A DNA stretch of 64,000 nt from Octopus vulgaris. Taxonomy: Eukaryota. Every line of letters starts with the position of its first letter. Positions within the stretch are counted from its first letter, which is position 1. The notes beneath the pieces are model-generated. The model made no database searches, was not told the DNA's origin, and saw nothing but the letters and a program-made list of their open reading frames with translations. A program made the position numbers and the translations under genes. Shown here piece after piece: positions 27,731 through 39,284 of the stretch. The stretch is from the NCBI GenBank assembly GCA_951406725.2, contig OX597814.1, forward strand, positions 189,844,001 to 189,908,000, in the 5' to 3' direction.

Positions 27731-29003
27731 TTCCCAAAATGTATACATAGTTTAACAGTTCATAGCTAACTTAGTCTTTATATATTTTTATAGATTTAAC
27801 CCATTAGAAGCAATGGAGAAAGCCAAACAACTTTGAACAAAGAAACAATTTTTTTTAAAGTGCATTGAAAATGCAAATACAGTTTGACGGTTTAGGATGG
27901 AGCTTCAACCACATCTATGTACGTAATTTACCGTCAACTGAATTAGAGAGAACAAATTACCAGAGGTTCAAGAAAATCTGTGCCGTAAACGAGTCATATG
28001 CTAAAGATCTCAAAATCAAGCTTCCATTGCATTTTGAAGCGCTGTCATTGGAAAAGTTACACCCCGAGAATAATTCATGTTCTCAATGAAGATTATTTGA
28101 ACCTAAAAGGGATGTTTTGCGAGTGGTACTGAGGAAGATGTGCAGAAGATGCACACTTTCCAACACAGATCGGTTTGGAGCGTGGAGGTTGCATTTAAAC
28201 TGAATCTCTGCGGGCCATATAAACTGAATTATATAATGCGGACCTGAAAATATCAGAGACCTGAAAATACGCATATTGCTGACTAACATCGTGTTTATTT
28301 AACTGGAGTTACATTACGGAGCAACTTTTCATAAAAAGGATTAATTTGAACCAGTCCGTTTGTTAGGGAGACTGATCGTATTTTCTTGAACTGAATGCAA
28401 CAGTCTGTCCTGCCAAACAATCAAGAGGCCTTTGACGATGTAGAGATTTATTTCCAGAAAATGGGACAGTCCCTCACTAACATAGCAATATAAAAGCCTA
28501 CTCTGATGAGATTTCAACAAACAAGCAGATTGGGCAATAAGGTCCAACACAATGCTCTCCGCTTTCACCGGAACTCACACCATGAGAATTCCGTTACAGG
28601 AGATACCTCACATCAAGGGACGATATGAAACCGGCAACAATCAACGCATTGATGACAGCCACCGAAGAGCAACATGTACAAATGCTAAAATAAATGTTTC
28701 TTGGAGTTTGCAATGCTATTCCTTTGCGTTATAAGCAAGCATTGGACCAGAACAATCACCAGTTTTAAAGTAGACGTTCATAAACAATTAAATAAAATTC
28801 TGTCTGAAGATTTTATTTAATTTTCAAAATGAAATGTACTTTAATAAAACAGAATTTATACTAATTCAATATGTATATACAATTTTGGGGACAAACTATA
28901 CACACACACAGACACACACATGTATGTATATACACATATATATATATAGACATAAACCGAATTTATAGTAATTCAATGTGCATATACACTTTGTTTGGGG
29001 ACA

Positions 29004-29054
<51 letters not shown>

Positions 29055-29107
29055 TGTATATAATGAGAGAGAGAGAGGTGTACGTGTATTTATATATATG
29101 TATACCC

Positions 29108-29354
29108 TTTTACTCTTTTACTTGTTTCAGTCATTTGACTGTGGCCATGCTAGAGTACCGCTTTTAGTCGGGCAAATCCACCCGAGGACTTATTCTTTGT
29201 AAGCCTAGTACATATTCTATCGGTTTCTGTTGCCGAACCGCTAAGGTACGGGGACGTAAACACACTAGTATTGGTTGTGAAGCGATGTTGGGTGGGGGAC
29301 AAACACAGACACACAAACATATACACACACACACACACATATATATATGTATAC

Positions 29355-29401
<47 letters not shown>

Positions 29402-29586
29402 ACATATATATATACATATATACGACGGGCTCCTTTCAGTTTCCGTCTACCAAATCCACTCACAAAGCTTTGGTCAGCCCGAGGCTATAGTAGAAGACAC
29501 TTGCCCAAGGTGCCACGCAGTGGAACTGAACCTGGAACCATGTGGTTCGTAAGCAAGCTACTTACCACACAGCCAATCCTACACCT
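29108..29586 (-). mobile_element. SINE-A full length
   Basis: Matches other copies. Confidence 0.9.
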
Positions 29587-29591
29587 ACTCC

Positions 29592-29688
<97 letters not shown>

Positions 29689-29815
29689 TAAATTAGAGAT
29701 AAAAGCACTATTAGGCAAATCAAACAATGAAAAACATAAGCCAATACATAAAATTAATTAATTTATATTATTTTAAATATATATCAAAAGTATTAAAAGT
29801 TTAATAAAAGATAAA

Positions 29816-29892
<77 letters not shown>

Positions 29893-29942
29893 AAATATAT
29901 TTAAAGATCGAGGCATATTGATTCAATCGTCTGTTTGTATTT

Positions 29943-29990
<48 letters not shown>

Positions 29991-30321
29991 TATAGGTTCA
30001 AACACCACGAAGAAAATAGTATGCAAGACCAAGTGAAAAGAGTGTAATTATTTGTCTAACGCTCAATGTAAGATGAAGACATTGAATGTATCTTTGACGT
30101 TTCAAGCTTTAGCTCTCTTTCAGCAAGCAGAAAACTAGTTAGAAGAAAGAAGCGTAGACAAAGAAACTCTAAAAATGAGTAGCATAAAGAATAAATATTG
30201 TTTCAGTGTCCAATCACCTTGAATGTGGCGGAGTTCGAATGACCGGGAGTGTCGCAGAAGGGTTTTTTTATTATATGCGTAAGAACACCAGCGATATAAT
30301 TGTGTATGTACTCGCATGTGC

Positions 30322-30378
<57 letters not shown>

Positions 30379-30469
30379 AATTTGTTGTTTCTCTTTGTGA
30401 TCTGTGAATCAAATACATGGAGTAGAACATATTGGTGTATAATCATGATGTGATATAAGGTAGAAAAAA

Positions 30470-31255
30470 AAGGCGGCGAGCTGGCAGAAACGTTAGCGCG
30501 CCGGGCGAAATGTTTAGCGGTATTTCGTCTGCCGTTACGTTCTGAGTTCAAATTCCGCCGAGGTCGACTTTGCCTTTCATCCTTTCGGGGCCGATAAATT
30601 AAGTACCAGTTGCGCACTGGGGTCGATATAATCGACTTAATTCGTTTGTCGGTCCTTGTTTGTCCCATCGATGTTTAGCCCCTTGTGGGTAGTAAAAGAA
30701 ATAGGTATTTCGTCCGTCCTTATCTTCTGAGTTCAAACTCCGCCGAGGTCAACTTTGCCTTTCATACTTTCGGGGTCGATTAAATAAGTACCAGTTACGC
30801 ACTGGGGTCGATATAATCGACTTAATTCGTTTGTCTGTCCTTGTTTGTCCTCTCTGTGTTTAGCCCTTTGTGGGTAGTAAAAAACTAGGCATTTCGTCTG
30901 TCGCTACGTTCTGAGTTGCAATTCCGCCGAGGTCGACTTTGCTTTTCATCTTCTCGGGGTCGATAAATAAAGTACCAGTTTCGCACTGTGGTCGATATAC
31001 TAGACTTAATCCGTTTGTCTGTCCTTGTTTGTCCTCTCTGTGTTTAGCCCCTTGTGGGTAGTAAAGAAATAGGTATTTCGTCCGTCCTTATGTACTGAGT
31101 TCAAATTCCGCCAAGGTCGACTTTGCCTTTCATCCTTTCGGGGTCGATAAATTAAGTACCAGTTACGCACAGGGGTCAATATAATCAACTTGATGCCTTT
31201 TTCTGTCCTTGTTTGTCCCCTCTATGTTTAGCCCCTTGTGGGCAGTAAAGAAATA
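30470..31255 (+). mobile_element. SINE-B, one head plus 4 units of 184-185 bp
   Basis: Units start at 30519, 30704, 30888, 31072; TSD tataaggtagaaaa at 30454-30467 and 31256-31269. Confidence 0.93.
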
Positions 31256-32175
31256 TATAAGGTAGAAAACATAAGATATATAAAGGGAGAGAAACGGGAA
31301 GTTTTAAAAATATTGGTGAGGAAGAGTTGGATTTAAACAGTGCAGAAATGATACAAGAAATACAAGATACAATGATTCAAGAAATACAAGAAATATAAGA
31401 AGCGTAAAATTGGTCGGAAAGACTACGGTAGGCATATAAATAACAGAAACCCAACCAGAATAATAATAATAAAAGAATAAATGAATGAAATGGATATATA
31501 ACGAGTTAATGTTCATGGGAAGAGATATAATGAGGAAATGAAAACAGGTATAAAGGAGATTAAATGTAAAAGAAACGAGATCAATGTAGAGAAAGAGAGA
31601 TAAAGAGAATATGTAAAGTGGAGAGAAAGTGGGGGTGATATAAAAAGAGAAGGCTGGAAGTGGAAAGTTGATATGATAAAGGGGTTAAAACAAAGATGAA
31701 GATATTTTTTTTCTGTAATGTGTGAAAACAACCAGTGTATGAAATTCACAAAGAGTATAAAGATGAATTCTGTATGGCATTTGTTATTATAGGAAAAAAA
31801 AAAAGTTTTGTTTAATAAGTATGTAAACAGAAATTGATCATATGCCAAAAGAAAACTTTCTTTGTGGTGTATATATTTTCCTGTACACATCAAATGATAT
31901 ATGATCTTATTAATTTGTGAAATAAAACTATCCTATCGCTCTAGCCGTATAGCTGCCTACCTGATTAAATATACTCGCACGCGCACACACACATGCACAC
32001 AAATACACAAATATATAAGTATTATCGACCATATATACTTAACGTATATGCTTTATTTATTTTTGAATGGACAGGTTTCAATCCAAATCACTACAATTGT
32101 TTCTGTACATTAGTACGAGCTGGAAATTGCTGGGTGTTTTACATTTTATACACAGTTTTAAAATATGATCCAACG

Positions 32176-32580
32176 AGGAGTGGCTGTGTGGTAGATAGCT
32201 TGCTTACAAACCTCATGGTTCCGGGTTCAGTGCAACTGCGTGGTACCTTGGGCAAGTGTCTTCTACTATAGGCTCGGGCCGACCAAAGCCTTGTGAGTTG
32301 ATTTGGTAGACGGAAACTGAAAGAAGCCCGTCGTATATATATATGTGTGTGGGTGTGTTTTTGTGTCTGTGTTTATCCCTCCAACATCGCTTGACAACCG
32401 ATGCTGGTGTATTTACTGACCCGTAACTTAGCAGCTCGGCAAGAGAGACTGATAGAATAAGTACTAGGCTTATAAAGAATAAGTCCTGGCGTCGATTTGC
32501 TCGACTAAAGGCGGTGCTCTAGCAAGGCCCCAGTCAAATGACTGAAACAAATAAACGAATAAAAGAAAGAAAAAGAATAA
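32176..32580 (+). mobile_element. SINE-A
   Basis: Matches other copies. Confidence 0.9.
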
Positions 32581-33168
32581 ATACCTACACGTCTTCAGGG
32601 GATTGGGTTCGCGAGCACAGCTGGATCATAGCTTCTTATTGTTTTATCCCCATATTCTAGTTTTAGCATTACATTGACCAAGAGCGACATGGAAATACAA
32701 GAAGATTCAAATTATACAAAATATTAAAAATGAATTGATAGAAATAACAATCAAATAAATAAAATATAAAATAAACAGACCAAAATATACCGACGACCGT
32801 TCGGTTCAAAGTCTCTCTTGACTAGAAATGGCCTGAACTCTTTGCATGAACACCCTCTCTGTACATAACTCCATGTCCCCCTACATGGCCTTGCTTTTGC
32901 TTTTTGAGCCATAAAATTAACTTAACTAACTTAACTTAAATAAATTAATCAAAATAAAATATATAAAATAAAGATAAACCCCATATTCAATCCATTCTTA
33001 AGCACAGGAATGCCTCGACTTTAATGAAGATAGATGATGACCCTAAGATGTTGCAAACATACAGACCAGAAAGATTCCTTATCTCTTGTATCTGTTAGCA
33101 TTCTACTACAGAAGAAATTATTTGCGCGTTTCAGCTCTTTACCACGACAGGGTATTCGTCATTTAATA

Positions 33169-33683
33169 CCGTAAATCCTCGAGTATAGTCCGCCCTTGAG
33201 TATAATACGCAGGGGATTTTTAGTGGGCTGTAACTCTGAAAAACCTAAACCTTGTGTATGATACGCACCCCTTCTCTAACTTGAGTCAAGGGAGTCTATA
33301 TAACGTCCTTGGTTTGTAAAAATGTATACGGTAACGTCCTTTATTATTGTATATATAACATAATGCAAACGTGTAGCTTTTTTGTGCATTTTGTTTGCAG
33401 AAAATAAAGAAATAACAGTAATAACAATAATAACGTTTAATAAATGTTGCTTACTGCAAGTTATGGATGATTCTTTTATGACTTCATTGCTTTCAGGCTT
33501 AGCTAAAGGTATTTTCGCGCCCGACATCACAAAATGCGTCTGAATAAACATTGCCGGACAGCAAATAGACTCGAACATTGCTTAGAAAATAATTTTCATT
33601 TTTAACCTCGTATATAGTAGCACTAAGGATTTTGATTTTTAAATTTTGGGGGAAAATTGCGGATTATACTCGAGGATTTACGG
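33169..33683. mobile_element. MITE, pogo/Tigger-like
   Basis: 25-bp TIRs ccgtaaatcctcgagtata(g/a)tccgc with one mismatch; TA on both sides; no transposase ORF. Confidence 0.9.
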
Positions 33684-33968
33684 TATATAGAATGACGTGT
33701 TTACAGAAATACATTGAAATTCGTAATAGCTTGATGCCATCTGGTCTTATAAGCAACTTGGAATTTTAAAGTAATAAGAACAAACTATTTGTGAAATCTA
33801 AGTAAGTTTAATAAGTTATGGAGAAATTAGCTTTCCAATAGAAAATATCTATATTTTCCCTTCTTTTGTATGTATGTTTTTACAGAATATAGCAATTAAA
33901 TCTACAGAATAGTTTGTCTGTTGCCTATCTCGATCACAGAAACGTAACTTCTTGGCAAAACGTAACTT

Positions 33969-34386
33969 AAAGGTGGCGAGCTGGCAGGATCGTTAGCACA
34001 CCGGGCGAAATGCGTAGCAGTATTTCGTCTGCTGTTAAGTTCTGAGTTCAAATTCCGCCGAGTTCGGCTTTGTGCTTCATCCTTTCGGGGTCGATTAAAT
34101 AAGTACCAGTTACGCACTGGGGTCAATGTAATCGACTTAATCCGTTTGTCTGTCCTTGTTTGTCTCCTCTGTGTTTAGCTCCTAGTGGGTAATAAAGAAA
34201 CAGGTATTTCGTCTGCCGTTACGTTCCGAGTTCAAATTCCGCCGAGGTCGACTTTGCCTTTCATCCTTTCGGGGTCGATAAATTAAGTACCAGTTACGCA
34301 CTGGTGTCAATGTAATCGGCTTAATTCCTTTGTCTGTCCTTGTTTGTCCCCTCTATGTTTAGCACCTTGTGGGTAGTAAAGAAATA
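33969..34386 (+). mobile_element. SINE-B, one head plus 2 units
   Basis: Junction gaaaca|ggtatttcg at 34203; flanking repeat aaacgtaactt. Confidence 0.91.
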
Positions 34387-35188
34387 CGAAACGTAACTTC
34401 TAGGTCTAGATCATTTTGTTTCGAAGAATTTGTTGTCGACGAATTCAGTTTATTTCTAGCAAATCTTCCTAAGCCTCTGCGTATGCGTGTGCGCACCCTC
34501 GTGTTTGTATTTGTGCGTGTGCGTGCGTATGTGTAATGTTATAAGGAGCACAAAATTGTATCTGACGCTGTATTTTCGCTTTAACATTTCTCAAAATACA
34601 CACATGTTCTCATTCGTTTCCTTTCCTGAATATTTTCCTGTCATTCTGCTTCCAGTTCTTCCTTATACATGTTATTTCGTCATTTTTTTTCCCTTTTCAT
34701 GTTATGACATATAATCCGTCTGTTGTTCACCGTCCACGTCTTCTCTTTGTATTTGTTCACTTTGTTTTCACTAACATAAGTATCCTGCACATTCGGGTTC
34801 GGTCATATGGCTTCCATATCCGTTGATATTTCAATGCTCTCTTATCTCCTATGTTCTTCATTCATCCTTCGCTTGTATCGTCTCATTCTTTCTAGTATTT
34901 CATGTCTTCATTTCGATCTGAATTTGAAATAATCTTTCCTTTTTTTTTTTTGTAAATGACAAATGAGTTTTTACAGCATATGTTTTCCAGTAATGCAAGA
35001 GCGTAACTGATGATACAAGCTAACAAGAGGCTGGAATACCTTCCCTGCTGTCTTGCTGTGTGTTGTCCCATGCATGAATGTAAGAATGAATTAATCTAGA
35101 AAACGATGATTCACGCTCATACACACTTTTACAAACACCCAAATTGTTCACTATTCTCTGCAAAGAACATAACAAGTGGAGTGGAGTG

Positions 35189-35240
<52 letters not shown>

Positions 35241-35241
<1 letters not shown>

Positions 35242-35670
35242 CTTTCTTTATTGGCCATACAGAGCTAGACACAGAGGGAACAATTACAATGTAGAGTTTT
35301 TCTTTTCAAGGGGGGGGGGGGAGAAAAGACAAAAAGGTGGGGATAGGGGCAACGATCAAAAGGGATCGAAATCGTTGGGTATATATGCAAAAAAAAAAGA
35401 GTCAAAATGGTATAAAAAGTTCCCAAGAAATGGAGAGGTTTATCTGTGGAAAGAAAAACCTACGAAAAGACCACTGTAACCGCGGGCAATAATGTCACAT
35501 ATTAACATTTTTATTTACAAATAAGTAACTCCCTATTTTAAAGTTTTACGTTTCATAGGGTCATGCTCAAGGTGGCTTCGTTATTCATACGTGCCATCCT
35601 TGCTACATTTACCCATCTTTTTCTGAAACATTCGCTAGACAAGACTTCCCTCTCTACTCTCACCTTACTT
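35241..35670 (-). mobile_element. 5'-truncated second Tx1-like element inserted in (GATA)n
   Basis: Minus strand 35669-35553 reads SKVRVEREVLSSECFRKRWVNVARMARMNNEATLSMTL*, resembling a Tx1/L1 ORF2 C-terminus; 3' end ccctctgtgtctagctctgtatggccaataaagaaagt; GATA repeats on both sides. Confidence 0.72.
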
Positions 35671-35747
<77 letters not shown>

Positions 35748-35885
35748 CGGGTATATAGATAGACAGACGACCGGAAGGACGAATCGATCGATTGCTAAGA
35801 TAGATTTAGATATGAATGCGTGTAAACATGTGAGTGAGTGTGTATGTATGCATATTGTATTTCTCTACCCTTTACAAGGGATACA

Positions 35886-36270
35886 GGCGTAGCTGTGTGA
35901 TAAGAAGCTTGCTCACCAACCACATAGTTTGGGTTCAGTCCCACTGCGTAGCATCTTGGACAAATGTCTTCTACTATAGCCTCAGACCGAACAAAACTCT
36001 GTGAGTGGATTTGATGAACGAAAACTGAAAGAAGCCTGTCGTGTATATATATACACATATATGTGTATATATATATATACACACATATATATATATATAT
36101 ATATATGCAAATATTTATGTGTGTGTCTCTGCCTGCATTTGTACCTTATCGTCGCTTTGCAGCCGAATTTGGTGTGTTTACGTCCCTGTAACTTAGCAGT
36201 TCCGCAAAATAGTCAGATAGAATAAGTACTAAGCTTACAAAGAATAACTCCGGGTGTCGATTTCTGCAAC
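35886..36270 (+). mobile_element. SINE-A, diverged, tail lost
   Basis: Matches other copies up to the gtcga hairpin. Confidence 0.82.
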
Positions 36271-36321
36271 TAAAATTGCTCGATATGATGAGAATACTGA
36301 AATAAATATAAATAAATAAAA

Positions 36322-36378
<57 letters not shown>

Positions 36379-36462
36379 CGTTTAAATATTTGTTGTGCAA
36401 GATTTTTTATGTGAAGTCGTGTGTTGAAACAGATATTGGCAATATGACCATTCCGAAATATA

Positions 36463-36719
<257 letters not shown>

Positions 36720-36855
36720 TTTTACTTTACATGTCTCGAGTTGCGCCGAAGATTTTTTTTATTTTGGATATATTTGGGGTACTTAAGACTGCTCAGGACT
36801 TAGTGCTTGCTTTTTCCGTGGGTATGAGTAAGTATTTCATTTATATCTCGCGTAT

Positions 36856-36916
36856 TTACCGCTGAAGAGGGGAAAATTTCTTATGAATTAACCCCGAAAT
36901 TGGACCAATACGGTAA
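36856..36916 (+). ncRNA. Putative type I hammerhead ribozyme (Penelope/retrozyme type)
   Basis: ttaccg-CTGAAGA-gggg..cccc-GAAA-ttgg a ccaa-TA-cggtaa: complete core and three stems by eye. Confidence 0.72.
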
Positions 36917-37093
36917 TAACGAATTTTTTAGAGATTGCTATGGGTTTGTTTCGAAACGCATAAATTATAATGGTTATCAACAATTTTTCTTCTGCCCTTA
37001 TCTTGTAAATTATGTATAAATTTTACCTTTAAAGGATTTTTTGATATGCTGGCCATTGATAAAATTTTTTTCCCGAAAAAATTTTATTCTATA

Positions 37094-37165
<72 letters not shown>

Positions 37166-38394
37166 GATATTAAGTACGGAAAAAGTATCATATTATTATT
37201 ATTATTCATAATAGCTTTCTACATATCTCACTTACTGTGTATATACGAGCCAAACCTGCAAAACTACACTATTCGTCTCATATTGACATACAGAGCACTA
37301 AAGAATATCAGTCGCTGTCCATACGCCTCCAATAGAGTAGAGCAGTTACTAACTCTTGATTTCTGTGTCTTTGTACCTATTCAGTAGCAGATATTCACTA
37401 TCAGCTGTATGCTGAGACAAATCTCGCTACTTCTGGTGCACTTCTGTGCTTTTTGGCACTATACCACTATACGAGATGATTTCTCAAGATGAAAACTGCA
37501 GTTTTGTAGTATTCAATACTAAGTCAGATATACTGAATACAACATACGATCTACATCGATATACATACATGAAACCTTATTTTCCATCTCTTGTTTTATC
37601 TACTACAGAATATTTTGTTTTCTTCTCGGCACGTGAAATGAACAGACGTCGGTCAGTATAAAGTGATAGGCTGAAGTTTGGATGCCATTAAAATTTGATA
37701 CTCCGCATTATTCATACAATTATTTGTTTCTCTTATCAATGAAAAACACAGAGTGAATCTTCAAATATTGCTTACTTGCTTATAGCTGTCCGTCATTGTT
37801 GACGACGACGTTGTCCTCTAGGATTCTTGTCCTACGTTTTGTGACTTTATATATGTCAAAACAGTCCGATCCTGGAATGGCATGTCCTCGAACACAGATG
37901 ACAATGGAAGTTGCCCATCATGTAGATAAGTCTGAAATGACGTTGACGTCTCTTTTCCTCAAATATTGTTAATGGTAAGTCATATATCATGTTTCCTTCT
38001 CCCCATCGCTTGTAGAGCACGTTCTGATATCATTATATCGCATGAATACATTTTGTATAGGATTACAATCACTAAAACTTAAAGCAAAATTATTATCACA
38101 CGTTTTTTATCATTTGTCTTTTACTTGTTCAGTCATTAAACTTCAGCTATGCTGCAGTAATCCCTTTAAGGGATTAATCGAACAATGGCCCCAGTTTAAT
38201 GTCTGATTCTTACTCTATTGCTTTCTCTGACGAAGAGTAGGCTATAGGGAGATAACCAAACTCTATCCACCATTAACAAAAACACGTTTGAAACAGTTGC
38301 AGTGAATGAACCATTATCCATTTGTTGTTATTTGTCTTTATACATACACACATACACACACGACAGGCTTCCACGGAATTTCCATCTACCATAT

Positions 38395-38627
38395 TTGTTT
38401 CTTTATTTCCTACAAGGAGCTAAACATAGAGGGGACAAACAAGGACAGACAAAGGGATTAAGTCGATTACATCGACCCCAGTGCGTAACTGGTACTTAAT
38501 TTATCGACGTTGGAAGGATGAAAGATAAGTCGACCTCGGCGGAATTTGAACTCAGAACGTAACGGCAGATGAAATACGGCTACGCATTTCGCCCGGCGTG
38601 CTAACGGTTCTGCCAGCTCACCGCCTT
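38395..38627 (-). mobile_element. SINE-B monomer nested in an old SINE-A-like copy (about 38110-38760)
   Basis: TSD atttccatctaccatatt on both sides. Confidence 0.88.
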
Positions 38628-39054
38628 ATTTCCATCTACCATATTAATTCACGAGACAATGGTCGGTTTGTGACTATAGTAGAACACACCTGCCGATGGT
38701 GTTGCACAATAAGACCCAGCTCGAAACCAATGCAAGTTTCTTAACCACGGAGCCATACCTCAAAATATAAGTAGATATTTACGTTATACAAATGTGGAGC
38801 ATTGTAATCCCGTTTCCAATATGATTTAAACATATTTCTTCAATATATAGGATTATGAACAATTTCTCGCTAGATGCTTTTCGTTAACAGTTTTAACGAA
38901 TATATTTGTCAACTTGCAATAATTCTTCCAGTTCTTTGTATTCTTGGTTCAAATCACACTGCAGTCAACATTAACTTCCAACCCTCCACTATCAATAAAT
39001 AAAGTATTCTTCAAGTACCGAGGTAATTCTTGCGCCTATCTCACTCACTAAAAT

Positions 39055-39284
39055 GCGGTGAGCTGGTAGAAACGTTAGCGCGCCGGGCGAAATGCTTAGC
39101 GGTATTTCGTCTGCTGCTACGTTCTGAGTTCAAATTCCGCCGAGGTCGACTTTGCCTTTCATCCTTTCGGGGTCGATAAATAAAGTACCAGTTACACACT
39201 AGGGTCGATTTAATCGACTTAATTCCTTTGTCTGTCCTTGTTTGTCCCCTCTATGTTTAGCCCCTTGTGGGCAATAAAGAAATA
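39055..39284 (+). mobile_element. SINE-B monomer
   Basis: TSD tatctcactcactaaaa on both sides. Confidence 0.9.

Noticed and set aside
30470-31255. CRISPR-like or tRNA-gene array
   Set aside because: Units are contiguous 184-bp SINE bodies with no unique spacers, no cas genes and no complete cloverleaf.
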